DNA from: the human T2T-CHM13v2.0 reference genome, Homo sapiens
Reading direction: 5' to 3' (one strand)
Assembly: GCF_009914755.1 (NCBI RefSeq)
Contig: NC_060926.1
DNA: 64,000 nucleotides
Below are positions 1-15,850 of the stretch, one piece after another. The notes below the pieces were generated by a model, which did no database searches, had not been told where the DNA came from, and saw nothing but the letters and a program-made list of their open reading frames with translations. The position numbers were made by a program, and so were the translations under genes. Within the stretch, counting starts at the first letter, position 1; each line of letters begins with the position of its first letter.

Positions 1-494
1 TTTAGGTCTGAAGATAATTAATCTTTTCCTGCTTTCAGGCAAAGGGATCAGAAGTCCAAAACCTACCCTCCAAATGTCCATCAGAAGTCAGATCCCTTCG
101 ACTCTATCAGAGCACACATCCCATATGGATCAAAGAACTCAGACAAGACTCCAGTACATGGTGGACAGCATTTATCAAAATAAAACGTGAAACCACTCAG
201 TGAAACCGCTAACAGTTCTCTTTGCGTTTGGATGCAACGTGCCCGTTGTTCTGCCACTGGAAGTAGAGAGGAATCTGCTTCTTTGAGTATGAACACCCAA
301 ACCTCAGCATATTACACAGCATGTTACATCTTCTGATTCCCTTCACAATTCTTAGAGTCACTGAGAGAGGTAGGGCTGGGGTTATGGCTTCTATCTGACA
401 GAAGTCTGAGACTTAGTGGGCTTAAAAATGTTACATAGGACTTCAGATTTAAAACAGTAAGAAATTAAAAAAAAAGTGGGAAAATTCAGTCCAT

Positions 495-1200
<706 letters not shown>

Positions 1201-1646
1201 AAACAAAAACAAAAAAGATCTTAGAGATTTAAAAGTCTGGTAAATAAATTTCATCAGGATGGTTGGAATATAGAGGTGAGGAAATCTGGAATGTGGAGCA
1301 AAATGACAAAGAAATATAAAAAGAAGGGAGAAAACAAGAAAATTAGAAAATCAATTCAGGAGAACCAATATCCAAATTATAGAAATTTCAGAAAAAGGGG
1401 AAAAAAATGAAACTAAAAAATCCCCCAGAATGCAAGGATATGAGTTTCTAGATTGAAAGGGACCACAAACACCTAACATAATAAATAAATGCATACACAA
1501 AGGCATATCATGAAATTTCAGAACATTAGAAACAAAGAGAAAATTTGTAAATTTCCTGGTAGAATATATGGGTCACTCCCAACGGACTAGGCATTAGAAT
1601 GACTTAGGATTTCCCAAGAGCAACACTGAAAGCTAAAATATAGTAG

Positions 1647-2054
<408 letters not shown>

Positions 2055-2102
2055 TAGACCTGAAAGTTCAAAAAAATTTATCTACCATGTATCAAAAAGC
2101 TA

Positions 2103-2403
<301 letters not shown>

Positions 2404-4399
2404 GATACTGGAGGATCGGCTCCAACAAAATGAGGAAGTTAGCCAAAAAAGGAATTACGGGTTCTAACAAAAAAGAGAGGCAAAGGAAATGTCCAGGAAA
2501 TTCCAAGATTCGACTGTAAATTAGTCAGAGAATAATCAGCCGAGGTTCCTCAGTCAGAAGACTGAGGGAGAAATCTTGAAGATGATAAAACAGACACCAT
2601 TAAATGCGTCTAAAAAATTCAAAAAATGGTTTACACAACTTAAGGAAAATTGGGAATTAAACTGTTAAAAAGTACAAAGAAAACTCAGACCAAGAGAGGA
2701 AAAACAAGACAATTAATAATTTTAGTGAAAGCAAAGTTACATAGGAAAGGCATAGGAATCATAGTCCACCAGGAATTCAGTTGAAATAGTTTTCTTATAT
2801 AATAATGTAAAAACTAATATTCATATAAACTACATATTGCCAAAGTTTACTGGTGTTTTCAAAGAATGGAAGATGAGAATACTGCAAGTATTTGGGGAGA
2901 GAGGCAAGCAGCAAGTAAGTGACAGTTACGTCTTTACTTCCCATAGGAGATAATGCCTAAAATGGAAGAAAAATCAAGAACTAGCAATATTAGCATGTTA
3001 TTTAGAAAGACATCAAAAGAATCACCTAAAGAGGTTGCCGCTGGGACCTTGTAATGGCATAGGAGTTCCCCTTGGGGAATTGCTTGACGTTTTTTGTAAC
3101 AAGCTTAGTTCACCTATTTGAATATTAAAGCTTTGAAAGAATATAAACTAAAAACAAAACTCTCACAGCTAATACGCGTCTGGGCCAAAACTTGAACCTG
3201 TGTGATTTAACTCTTAATCAGGCCCATTAATTTGTGAGCTCCTCATGGGCCTGTGCTTCTTAGTTCCTCCACTACAATGCCTGCCTAGCCCAAGTAAGCT
3301 CTCAGTGTGTTTTTAAATAAGGAGGAGAAAGTGAAATCATGGGATTGCTTTTGTAACACAAGTAAATGAGCAAGAAGGGCATTCCAGATAGAGGAAACAG
3401 CAGAAGCAAAGACAGGAAACAAAGCGTGTGAGAGCTGAACAAGCATGGGCAAGGAGGGAGGAAGACAAATAATGAGAAGCAGCCAGAAAACCCACTGCGT
3501 GTGTGAAGGAAGATACAGCAAGAACAGGAATCTGGAGCTATGTGCAGGGGAGTGGAAGGCATTGGTGCCTTACAGACAGGCCCACGTGGTCTTGACTGTA
3601 TGTATATGGCCCTTGGGAGTTGGCTGGTTTGTTGTGCAGTGCTGACAGTTCCTTCCCAAATAGTTTTGGCTTTCTAAAATCTAGAGTAGTGCCAGGCTCT
3701 CTAACACTCTGAGTACTTTCAGAAGTCCAACTGCAGCCTAACTAGTTACTCTAAGCAGCCACTGAAAAGGCCACATAGGGTGAACAGGGGCAAGCGGAGC
3801 CTGATGGGATACCTACAATGCCACCCTCTCCATTGTTGGATCCCTTTCTGCTCTTTAAAAAGCATTAAAATCCAGGGCATAAAAGGAATCATCATCTCTA
3901 GGTGAACATATGTATCTGCTATTACCATTATTCAAATACTAATTTCTTCCAAAGTTTATTAAGCATTTACTTCATGTCAAGCAGTATGTTGGAGCATACA
4001 ATTTCTGATTTTAAATAACTTACTTCCTGATAGCAGAACTGCTTACAATATAACAGGTTAAGCAATATAATTGGTATAAAACAAAAGCACTGTGGAAGCA
4101 CAAAGGAATAAAAGGCTATATATTCAAAGTTTCTTATGTATAATTATGTATAATATTACATATTATTATATTATTAGGTATAATATTATGTATAATGTCA
4201 AACAGAGGTAAAAGAAAGATGCTACTCTAACAAATTCCCATATACTCATAATTCTGCTTTGATCACCATCAACTCTTGACCAATCTTATTTATCTTCTAA
4301 ACTCACTCATTGTTCTAAGGACATTATATTATTTCCTCCATATATATTTCAGCATGGACTCTTTCTTTAAACATATAAATCTGCATCTTGAAAAATGAG

Positions 4400-4660
4400 T
4401 AAGTTTTAAGAATTGAAGTCTAATTAACATAACAAAATGTGCAGATTTTAAGGTGTTCAATTGAGTTCTGACACATATATACCCTGTGTAACCACTATCT
4501 AAAACAACACACAGAACATTTCCACGGCCTAGAAAGTCCCCGTATACCCATTTCTAGTCAACTTCCCACCCCTGAATAACCACGTTCTGATTTCTATCTC
4601 CACAGATAATGTTGCCTGTTCTTGGACTTCTATAAATAGATTCATAGAGTATATATGAGG
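4400..4660 (-). mobile_element. Old L1M 3' end fragment
   Basis: 'aaaatgtgcagattttaag...gtaaccactatc...agaacatttcca' is typical of an antisense L1M 3' UTR. Confidence 0.65.
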
Positions 4661-5145
4661 TTTCTAGGTTTTGGTCTAGGTTTCCAGGCCAAAAAAGGGG
4701 GAAAGCATTCCAGGTCGAAAGAACTACATGTAAAAATATTAAGTTGTATAAGGATATGTTCACAGGATTTTGAAGAGCTCAGGAGGGTTGAACTGAGACT
4801 GGGGATTGGTAACAGAGAGAGAGAGAGACAAGACCAGAAGAAGAGGCTCATTGGAAAGTTAGGCTTTCTGGATTAAATATCACAGTTAATTTCTGGGAAC
4901 CATGTTGTTAAGTAAGCTTTTCCCAATGCCCAAAATGACTTTTCTGACCTAAAAACTGGTCAGTTCTCTCAAAATGCTCCTTTTTCCTCTGCCCTCCAGC
5001 TGAGAGTGACCAAGGCAAGGGCGGTGTCCTATATCCCATGGCTGTTGAGTCCCATTTTGTACAGAGGCCTCTGTACCATCTCAGGGAAGGGAACAAACCC
5101 CGCTTGGCTTTCTTATGAGAGGGTACAATCTCTGCCTCCATTTTA

Positions 5146-5445
<300 letters not shown>

Positions 5446-5617
5446 TTAGATTCTCAGAACTCGGAGATATTACTTGTGGGAGTGGGTGGCAAGAGTCAGA
5501 GAAATTGTTCCCAAACACCTATCTTAGGATAACAAAAGAATAGTAATTATTTTCCAAATAACCTACAAATAAACAGATAAATGGGTAGTACTACATTACA
5601 AGTACTATCCTATGTAC

Positions 5618-5907
5618 TTTTTTTTTTTTTTTTTTTGAGACAGGGTTTCCCTCTGTGGCCCAGACTGGCATGAAGTGGCGTGATCACTGCTCACTGCAGC
5701 CTTGACCTCCTGGGTTCAATCGATCCTCCCACCTCAGCCTCCCGAGTAGCTGGGATTACAGGTGTACACCACCACTCCTGGCTAATTTTTATACTTTTTT
5801 GTAGAGAAGTGCTTTTGCTATGTTGCCCAGGCTAGTCTCAAACTCCTGGGCTCCCACCTTGGCCTCCCACAGTGCTGGGATTACAAGCATGAGCCACTGT
5901 ACCAGCC
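5618..5907 (-). mobile_element. AluJ
   Basis: PolyT then antisense Alu with 'gctcactgcagccttgacctcc'. Confidence 0.93.
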
Positions 5908-6377
5908 CTGTCTTGGGTATTTTGATGCTCTTGTTTAATTCTTAACACAGTTCTGTGAGATTGGGTGTTATTTTCCCCTTTAAACAATTACCAGCTGAAG
6001 AATACAGAGGCTCAAAGACATCTGATTCAAACCAAAAACATTTTTAAAAGCATAAGTGGAGCACACTTTCCCTCATACCAGAGAGGCTAGGAAATTATTT
6101 CACTAATTTCTATTATAAATAGTTGTCAATTAATTTCAAGAATCTCCTCTTCTTTTCTTCTCATCCTATCACTCAATTCGAATCTAGAAACAGACCTAAA
6201 GATTCTTCCGGACCTCCCTACCTCCTGGGCTGTTGAGAAGATACATGATAAGGGTAAGAAAGTGCTATTCCACATAGCATACACAAGGCAAGTATGACAA
6301 TTATTGGGGAGACTTTTTAATGTCCACACTGACCTTTCTCTAAAAGACAGTTCACAATTCATTAACAGAAATATATA

Positions 6378-6673
6378 AGCCAGGTGTGGTGGCTCATGCC
6401 TGTAATCCCAGAACTTTGGGAGGCTGAAGCAGGCAGATCGCTTGAGCTCAGGAGTTCAGGACCACCCTTGGCAACATGGCGAAACCCTGTCTCTACAAAA
6501 AATACAAAAATTAGCGAGGCATGGTGGGCGCACACCTATGGCCCAGCTACTTGGAAGGCTGAGGTGGGAAGGATGGCTTGAGCCTGGGAGGTGGAGGTTG
6601 CAGTGAGCTGTGACTGCGCCACTGAACTCCAGCCTGGGTGAAAGAGACCCTGTCTCAAAAAAAAAAAAAAAAA
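6378..6673 (+). mobile_element. Alu (J-like)
   Basis: Full dimer with A-tail. Confidence 0.93.
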
Positions 6674-7562
6674 TGTATATAACTCTACAGGAATTCTCAA
6701 GTGCTCTAAATTTGTTACACCACAGCATTCCCCAAATTCTTAGAACCCTAACCTCATCCTCACTCCTAAAGCACTGTATGAGGTGTTCAATGCCATTGGT
6801 GACAGGAGTTAGACAAAGTGAGGCAAAGCTGTCAAAGTTGAAGGCTTTGGAGTAAGTAGCAGTTACACTGGATGCTCAGTCCATCTGCCTGCCTTGTACA
6901 TTGTCATCATTTAGCTTGAATATCCTGTCCATTGACTCTGTTCAGCAAAAAAATCAGTATGCCATTCTTGCACAGAGGTGGTCACTAATTGTATAGAGGT
7001 GAACACAGAGGTAAGTCTTCAGTATGGGAATTTGAATTGGGGTTATGACATAGTACCGGGTTAGGAGCCACATGCAAAATTGATACAGATCAATAAACAA
7101 CCATTACAGAGATCTTAGGCCTCTGAGAAATAAAGCCTCGGGTCCTGATTATGCCCTTCTAATTCCCCCAAGGCTCAGCGGCACTTTAGTACCTGTCTGT
7201 TGATGCCCATGGCATTTCCTGCTGTATCTTTACATAGTTATTCTTTTCAAGTTAGCTTGAGTAGGTTTTTGTTCCTTGCAACCATAAAGAGCCTTTATCA
7301 TAAAGCACTATTGCACGTTTTCATAAAATACACACCTAATTTTGTAAAAAGAAATTTTAATGGGCTTCAGTTCCAAATGTGGACTGTGATAATGATTTAC
7401 CAGAGACTGCATGTTTGCATATTTCCTGTTACAATGTTCCTCAGTATTCAAATAAACACTAAAATTTATCATATAATCTTTAATTTTAACTGTCATCTCT
7501 CTAATCTTTGTATCTCAATAACATTTTCCATTTTCAAAAGTAGCATTGACACTTAGAGGTCT

Positions 7563-7568
7563 TATCTA

Positions 7569-7617
<49 letters not shown>

Positions 7618-7624
7618 CTCTCTC
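7563..7624. repeat. Compound microsatellite (TC)n(AC)~16(TC)n
   Basis: Directly visible. Confidence 0.95.
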
Positions 7625-8169
7625 CTCAATTCTAAAATGCATGTTTTTTACATTTTGCTTTTTAGGGTATCAGAATGTCTTGTAATAAAAATGTGCATTT
7701 AATGCAGTGGTATTTATCTTTTCTTCCCCCCACCCCCTGCCAAAGTTATTAAATCCATGATGTTCTCTTATAATTAATCAGAATTGAGGAAAATAGTAGT
7801 GTAAATTACAAAATTTCTATGTATGTTCATAATTGTTTTGTAAATAGTATAAGTAGGATTCACTTCATTGATATTTAGAATTTTTTAAAAAATCACGGAA
7901 CTACAGACTTCACAAGAGTGGCACTCCTAGAGAGTATTAAGTCCAAGTGTTTTGCTTTATGCATAGACAAACCAAGAGAGGCTTAGGAGTCCCATGGCTA
8001 GTTATGGGCAGAAGGTGGGGTGGTTCTCTCTCCTATAAAAACCATGTGATACCCTTTAGGTAATAAGGAAACAGCTGACAATGTTGTGAAACAAAAGGTG
8101 GGAATAGGTATTTCCTACAGTTCAATGATGCCTGTCACTGCTGAAGGACAAGGCAACTCTTTCAGATGC

Positions 8170-8204
8170 TGCAATTTGAGATAACTACCACCAGATGGGA
8201 GCAG
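8170..8204 (+). promoter_or_regulatory. Possible CTCF motif (imperfect core plus upstream TGCAAT module)
   Basis: tgcaatttg-N6-ctaCCACCAGATGGGAGCA versus consensus CCASYAGRKGGCRS (one core mismatch). Motif match only. Confidence 0.3.
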
Positions 8205-9261
8205 TGTAGTTTTCTTTGTAGGTAGCAAGATGACCTTTACAGCCAGGACTGAAGAAATGGGTCAGTCGCCTACCATGCAATCCAGTAAGCACAATGGCTG
8301 ACAAGAGCCAGCCCAGATTCTCAAAGCCTATGACCATGATAAATCTAAAAGCAAATCAGTGAATCACTTTACTTAACACAGATGAAGCCACATTGTCAAG
8401 CATCTATGCCTATAAAAGGGCTTATCTGCAGATGAGAAGCATTTAAATCACGAGATCAAAATCCACGCCTAACAGGACTTGTCAGTCTAAAGATGTTGGT
8501 CACTATCACTGTGTAGTTGGCCAAATGGAGATGTAAACTAGGTTAGAAGAGAGGAGATAGTGCCATTCAAGATACTTCTCGTGCACAGCCCTGTCTGTCA
8601 CACGGATCAGGGTGATGAGATTCTCAGCCAGAGCTTAAGAGGGTTCAGGCTATTACGGAAGGAGGCTGTCAACAGAGAAGACTGTCAATAGAGATGTTTA
8701 TTTCAGCCTGAGTTGCATCCCAAGATCTAGATTAAAAGGAAAAACCTAATGGTTTGGACAGAGGTAAGAAAATCTTAACATTCAGTAGCCTGTGTCAGTC
8801 TCTCTGCCTACTGGCATTTTTTGAAACACTCAGATAATCTCATCTGTGAATCTATTGAATCATAAAGATAAAAAGGATATGATCTATTATGTGAAGCAAG
8901 CAAGTGAAGTAGGCAGGATAATTTTGACACAGACATGCTTTGCCTATTAAATATGTAGGATTTTTTTTTATGTCCAGAAGAAAACACGTTTTCTCCCATT
9001 TTCCCTAAAATATATAGCATTTTTGGTCTTTCTCCCCCTAATTGTTGATGGAGATGTGGATGGCTATTTATAGCTCACCATGAGTTTAGAGGTTTTGTCT
9101 GTTTGGTTTGCCTCTGGATTGTCATGCCATAAAATAGTGTTTAACACACAGTGAGCATTCAATAATGAACTAACTCTCTACTTAAGGTGTCTACAGAAGA
9201 CAGAAAAGGCTACATACAGATAGTAGCAGAGAATATGGGAAACGAATGTGATGGCTCATGT

Positions 9262-9510
9262 AACGGGATGGCCACCATGCAACTCCAGATCATTGTTGCC
9301 ATGTGGGAATATGGACCTGGTTTTGTCGGATCTGCTAATTTCTAAAGATGAGCTAGAAACCCAAAATTGTATGTGAAATCTCCACATTTAAACACTGGCA
9401 ACAAGTCACCTTTTAAATTAATGCTGTTCAGGTCACCATAGCACAGAGGCCAAAGAAAACACATCGGAAAAGCTTTAGATAATCTCCGAGCCTCCAGTTT
9501 TCTATGTCTG
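9262..9510 (+). mobile_element. MER102-like hAT DNA transposon fragment
   Basis: 'ctccagatcattgttgccatgtgggaat...tatgtgaaatctcc...tggcaac' resembles MER102. Confidence 0.6.
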
Positions 9511-9899
9511 ATCTAGTCTAACACCTTCATTTTACTCAAAGCCAAGAAGGGGAAGTGACACAGCTCATGTTCCACAAAGTTAAAAGATGATTTGCAAATG
9601 AATTCCAACATATATATAAATATTAGCTCAGACATTCATCACCACAGTTCTTATCTTTCTTCCCTCAAGATGAGTTTACAGAATACTCCTCCCACCCAGC
9701 ATGTGTATACGACTTATTTTAAAGGCATTTCAAAATAAATTATTTCATTTGTATTCACACAATGACTGAATAAGGTAGGTGAGCAACCTATCATATTCAT
9801 TTTCCCAACAGGAAAGACATGCAGAAAGATTAAGTTCCTTTCACAAGAATGCACAGAGCTAGTTGGTGGCAGAGTTCAGATAAGATCCCTCATCTTTAG

Positions 9900-10635
9900 A
9901 AATTTTTATTTTTATATCAACTTCATATATTATACAATCCACCCATTTTAGGTGTACAGTTTGATGAGTTTTCGCAACTGTATATACCCGCACGAGTGGC
10001 TGTGGCGACAGCCAATCCATCACTGCAGATAGTTCTTCAGGTACCTTTGCAGACAATCTCCCCTCCCCTCCCTCACCACCCCGTGTATTAAATAACTTTG
10101 GATCTGCTTTCCATCCCTATAGTTTTGCTTGCTCTAGAATAAATGGAATCCTACAGTATACACTGCTTTGGTCTGGCTTCTTTCACGCAGCATAACATTT
10201 CTGAGATTCATCTTCATCGTTCCATGTAGTTTTTGTTTTTTTGGTCAACTAGTATTCCATTGTATACATATTCCACAATTAGTTTCTTCATTCACCTGTT
10301 GAAGGACATGTGAATTTTTTCTAGCTTTTGGGTATTATGAATTAAACATTCATACAGAAGTCTTTTTTATGGACATAGATAATTATTTCTCCTAGGTATG
10401 TACCCAGGAATGGAATTGTTGGGTCATATGCCAAGTGACTATTTCCCTTTATGTATAAGAAACTGCCAAGCAGTACTCCACAGTGGTTGTGCTATTTTAC
10501 ACTCCCAGCAGCCACATACGAGAGTTCTGTTTGTTCCACATCCTTACCAACACTTGGTGCTGTATTTTTCATTTTAGCTATTCTAGTGGGTGTGTAGTGA
10601 CATCTTGTTGTGGTTTTAATTTGCACTTCCCTATA
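9900..10635 (-). mobile_element. L1M (MB/MC-like) 3' fragment
   Basis: 'cacccattttaggtgtacagtttgatgagtttt', 'gagattcatc', 'tggttttaatttgcacttccct'. Confidence 0.8.
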
Positions 10636-10924
10636 GATCCTTCAACATTTAAACTCCTAGGATTAGCAGCTTCCCATCACTTTCCTGATAAAAGGTTTTA
10701 ATAAGCATAGGATCATGGAGTCACCAATGAAATTACTGAGATAACTTGGACTTCTACCTGCTAAATAAGCAAAGATGACAGAAGTGCCTAGTTCTTTGCT
10801 GGGAGAAGACAGTGAGTGAGAATTTGCAATACACAGAGGAGGGTATTACATAAATTCTAAAATCTCTTTTACTTCTGATATCAACATGAGATCATGGTCT
10901 TCAGACTTTTAAAAAACAAAGACA

Positions 10925-11400
<476 letters not shown>

Positions 11401-12226
11401 CAAAGATTTAAACACTCTCCTTGGGGGCGTCACCATGATATTCAATTCAGCAATGGGGCTTTGGAAGAAGAAGCAAGTAGTATATCTTCTGGCTCTATAT
11501 TCAAACACTGAATCATGGTAGAGGGTGCCAAGTCCCAGGGGCTGTTCTGAATGAATCAGGACACCAGTGACTTCCACTTTGCAAGGAAAAGTGAGGGAAG
11601 GGAAGGTAAGGTGAGCAGGAAGAGGAGAAACACACCAAAGTGATTATCTGAGAAGTGATGGGAAACAGCTGGGCAAATAATGAGAATGATTAGACTAGGA
11701 ATATGAGACAAAGAAGCCCATCATGGTGCTGAGACAGGGTTTCTGGGTTTGCTGCCAAAGAGGTTTGCTGGATATTTTAAAATCAGGCCTAGATTCTAGG
11801 CACTGAAATCACCAACTGTTTATTTCTTGCAGGTAAAAGGAAACTGCACTCCTAACATAAGTCCTATATACACTTTTGGGAATGAAGTCCACTTGTCTGA
11901 GATGGAAAGATGACACAAGCCAAAAGAGCTGGAGGATACCAAATGAAGAAAAACCGCATCCAGGCCCATTTTCTGCTCTTCGTTTTCCAATTTTCTGCCC
12001 TACAAACTCTTTGTTTCTCTTTTAAAATAAGGTGAAACTCAACAGATGCTGCTTACTTAAAGCAGAAAACAAGCATAAAATAATAGTGTTCTGAAGCTTT
12101 TCTAAGGAATCAGACAGATAATTCAGTTAAAGTGGGTTTCATCCAGGAGACGTAAATGAACACTGAACAAGTTGCTGGATCTCTCTGGCCTTCATTTCCT
12201 CATGGGCAGAAATTAAGACTAAATTA

Positions 12227-12541
12227 GGCCAGGCGCGGTGGCTCACGCCTGTAATCCCAGCACTTTGGGAGGCCGAGGCAGGTGGATCACGAGGTCAGGA
12301 GATTGAGACCGTCCTAGCTAACATGGTGAAACCCTGTCTCTACTAAAAATACAAAAATTAGCTGGGTGTGGTGGCGCATGCCTGTAATCCCAGCTACTCG
12401 GAAGGCTGAGGCAGGAGAATTGCTTGAATCAGGGGGTCGGAGGTTTCAGTGAGCCGAGATCACGCCACTGCACTCCAGCCTGAGTGACAGAGTGAGACTC
12501 CATCTCAAAAAAAAAAGAAAAAAGAAAAAAGAAAAGAAAAG
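12227..12541 (+). mobile_element. Alu (AluSc-like)
   Basis: Full dimer; TSD agaaattaagactaaat. Confidence 0.95.
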
Positions 12542-12964
12542 AAATTAAGACTAAATGAGTGCTACTATTTAAACTGGGTTCCTCCAAGCCCTAGGATTAC
12601 AGAAGGTACTTCAGTGGCTGCACGAGGAAAAACTGACCTCCCTCCCTTACAAGGGTAGGGCTCTGTATACTGCTTCCTCCTCACCTTCAAAGTAGCTCTA
12701 CTTTTAGCTGTGTAATTTTGGAGAAAGGCTAGAAAAAAAAAAAGGAGCAATTCTGCTACAAAGGAGAGAAAAATTTACCCCCCAAATATTCTACAGCTCT
12801 AGGTATAAGTATTTTATAAAGACAAAAAGACTACACCACTACAAGTCATGCAAATAGCCCTCACTTACATGCCTACCGAAGGTGTAGATGTGTACAGGCA
12901 GCTTTTAGGGAAGGAGCTATGCCCCGCTTCACCTTGAGACATGTAGTATTCCTTTAGAGCCCAA

Positions 12965-13225
12965 CAGGTTAAGTTCGAATCCTGGCTCAGGTAAGCTACA
13001 ATTTCCCTGAGGCTGTCCTCTTACCTGCCAAGGGCTTTCACTTCATGCTAAAGCCCTTCTTCTGACATGCAGGCTATCTGACCATGTGATTGTATCAACC
13101 AGCCCCTAGGTCATAGTCCTTCAATCAGGACTGTGCACCAACTCACAATATCCTCCCCACCCCCACTCCTACCTCAAAGCTTTGGGGATGATCAAATGAT
13201 AAGCAAAGCACCTAGCACACAGAAG
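12965..13225 (+). mobile_element. MIR relic split by a ~134-bp insert
   Basis: 'gttcgaatcctggctc...' on the left and 'cctacctcaaagc...atcaaatgataagcaaagcacctagcac' on the right. Confidence 0.55.
13040..13173 (+). repeat. Dispersed direct repeat of 17132-17266 (~86% identity)
   Basis: Manual alignment gives about 19 differences in 135 columns. Confidence 0.9.
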
Positions 13226-13334
13226 GTGTTCCTGCCTTTCCCTTCCACCCCCACCTCCCTGCAAAAACCACTTTGTATTTGTATGATACATTACTTATCA
13301 TAAAATTCTAAATCTGGAATATCTTCTCGAGATC

Positions 13335-13720
13335 AAGAGCACAAACCCAAATGCCTGAAGAGCCAGGGAGATCACATAAAGGAGTGACACAGTCCAGCTT
13401 TAACAAAACGTATGGAGGGTGTGTGATGACACAGACTCACTGTCAGGAAGATCACAGGGAGGAGTGGGGCCGGTGGCCCTGAGAAAGTTCATGCCCCTGC
13501 TCATGGGGCAGCCATTCCTCAATGCCAGCCAATTGCTGTCACGAAGGAACGTGGGCTAAGAGTTGTCAAGTCTTTTGACTGCTAAAAACAGCTGGATCTT
13601 TAGGTGAGAGCTCCTGATTTAAAAATCAGGCAACAAACTTTTAAAAATCTCTTAAACCTTGTGCAGTTTAATGAAAACACATTTCTAAGCTAGGACTGAA
13701 CCAGACAGCCCTGCTTCCAT
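13335..13720 (+). mobile_element. MER102-like hAT DNA transposon
   Basis: 'caaacccaaatgcctgaagagccagg...ggggcagccattcctc...gagctcctgatttaaaaatcaggcaac'. Confidence 0.6.
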
Positions 13721-13820
13721 CTTTACAAGGGCCTGTGAAGTCAGCAGGTCATGTACTACAACCTCCACTTGACCAACTGGGAAACTAAAACACAGTGAAA
13801 AGCCTAAGCATCCTCCTTAG

Positions 13821-13840
13821 TACTGCCACCTAGTGGCCGG
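13821..13840 (-). promoter_or_regulatory. Strong CTCF consensus motif
   Basis: Minus strand ccggCCACTAGGTGGCAGta fits CCASYAGRKGGCRS with no mismatch. Binding itself is not shown by sequence. Confidence 0.6.
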
Positions 13841-14008
13841 ACCAGGGCTAGACTGCAAGGGTGCCAACTGGTGTCCCCTCTCAAGCTGCCGTCCCCTCCC
13901 TGCAGCAGCAGATCATGCAGGAACACCTCCACTCCCAGGGAAGGGAGAAGAGAAATGGCACAGTGAAAGGCAAGAGGGACTGCCCACAGCTCTGCCTGTC
14001 TAGCTGAT

Positions 14009-14431
14009 CAGGTGGGAGAGTGTCCTCTCCATGGTGAGAGCTTGGGTGTACCATTCAGGTGGCAGAGTATCCTCTCCACGGTAAGAACCTGGGTGCACTA
14101 TTCAGGTGGGAGAGTGTCCTCTCCACAGTTAGAACCTGGGTGCACTATTCAGGTGGCAGAGTGTCCTCTCCACAGTGAGAGCTTGCGTACACTATGCAGG
14201 TGGCAGAGTGTCCTCTCCACGGTGAGAGCTTGGGTGGACTATTCAGGTGGCAGAGTGTCCTCTCCACAGTGAGAGTTCGGGTACACTGTTCAGGTGGGAG
14301 TGTGTCCTCTCCATGGTGAGAGCTTGGGTGGACTATTCAGGTGGCAGAGTGTCCTCTCCACAGTGAGAACCTGGGTGCACTATTCAAGTGGGAGAGTGTC
14401 CTCTCCATGGTGAGAACTTGGGTGCTCTATC
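14009..14431. repeat. Minisatellite, 47-bp unit x 9
   Basis: Unit caggtggcagagtgtcctctccacagtgagaacctgggtgcactatt starts at 14009, 14056, 14103, 14150, 14197, 14244, 14291, 14338 and 14385. Confidence 0.97.
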
Positions 14432-15239
14432 CACAGCATCTGTGAGCTCCCACAAGGAATGACCCCCAAGAGGCTGATCAACACCCATCCACAACTTACA
14501 TTGAAGACAACTTTGCCAAAAGCTTCGGAAGGAACAAAAGTTTTCAAAACTCTAGAACAGATGGCAAGGAGCACAGCAAAGCTTTTTCCAGGAGAAAAGG
14601 TCAATGCAAAGCATGTGTCAACACTGATTTCAGTGGGGGCTTGGGGTTTGTTTTTTTAATGTCAATCTCTCCTCACTTGCCTCAATTAAAAATCATCATG
14701 TGCCAGCTCCTTCTGGAGAACATGTCAAAGCAGTCCTTTCCCCAAGCAGATAGAACACCCAGATGGGGGATGACTTGAGGTTTTCAACTCCCTCTCTCCC
14801 CACTCAAGCTGTGGGCACAAAATCAGAGACTGGCAAACGGTGGTGGTTGTGGAGGTGGTACAGAAACATCAACAGAACCCAATCGAGGCCACAGCCCAGG
14901 CTGAACATGGCACACTGGCCTGGCTATTGGTTCTTTCTCTCCAGGACTGTTATGATTGATTGGGGAGGATCTCCAGCTCAGGAGGTTCTTTTTAGGGGTT
15001 TGGCAAGAGTCTCCCTCCTCCTCTCAAAAATTAATTTTCCAGGAAAAATACTTGCCTGGAACAAAAGGGAAGAGTTTAAGAAATCAAGTTGGTTCACATA
15101 TACCAGAGACTTTTTGATTACTGCACCTAGAACCACAGCACATTGGGCCTGGGCTATCAGCTAAGGCTAACCAAGAAAGGGCCTTTCCACAAGCTACCCG
15201 CCCCCACCTTTGCCGTACTGCTGCCACAGAGTTAGCTAT

Positions 15240-15850
15240 CTGGCAAATGTAGAGAGATATGCTGAAAGACATCAGAAACTTAATATCATTTGAAACTTCG
15301 CAATGGCTTCTCACCCCTCTTAGAATAAAACTCCAAATACTGACCAAGGCCCGCAATTCCCAGAGTGATGTGGTCTCTCTCCAACCTAGCTCATACACCT
15401 CCACCTTCCAGTGCTCACTCTGTTCCAGCCACAAGAGCCTTCTTTCTTCTTCAGCATTGCTTATGCTCCAATCTGCCTAAGGATCTTTGCACATGCTTCT
15501 CCCTTTGGCCCTTTCACCCCATTCTTGGCCTGGGCCACTCCTAGTAATCATCCTTCAGATTTCAGGCTAAACGTTACTTCCTTGCTAAGCCTTTCCTGAT
15601 GGTCCCTGGCCCTCACTCCCATATGATTAAGTTCTTTGGTATACACAGCACCCTCTACTTTCCCTCCAGGACATACCATGAATATAATTAAATACTTATA
15701 GGGTAATTCCTGGTTGCATGCCTTCTTCCCCTGTACACTCTAAACTGCACAAGGGCAGGGACGATGACTGATTCACTGTGGCATCTCTGTCACCCAGCAC
15801 AGTGGCTGCTCCATAGCAGGTTCTCAAGTGTTTGTTATACAATGTGTTTG
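15240..15850 (+). mobile_element. L2 3' fragment
   Basis: 'caatggcttctcacc...agaataaaactccaaa', 'aagggcagggac...cccagcacagtggctg'. Confidence 0.65.

Noticed and set aside
14009-14431. Regularly spaced repeats resembling a CRISPR array, and an 86-aa ORF
   Set aside because: Units are contiguous with no unique spacers, no cas genes are present and the DNA is primate; it is a minisatellite.
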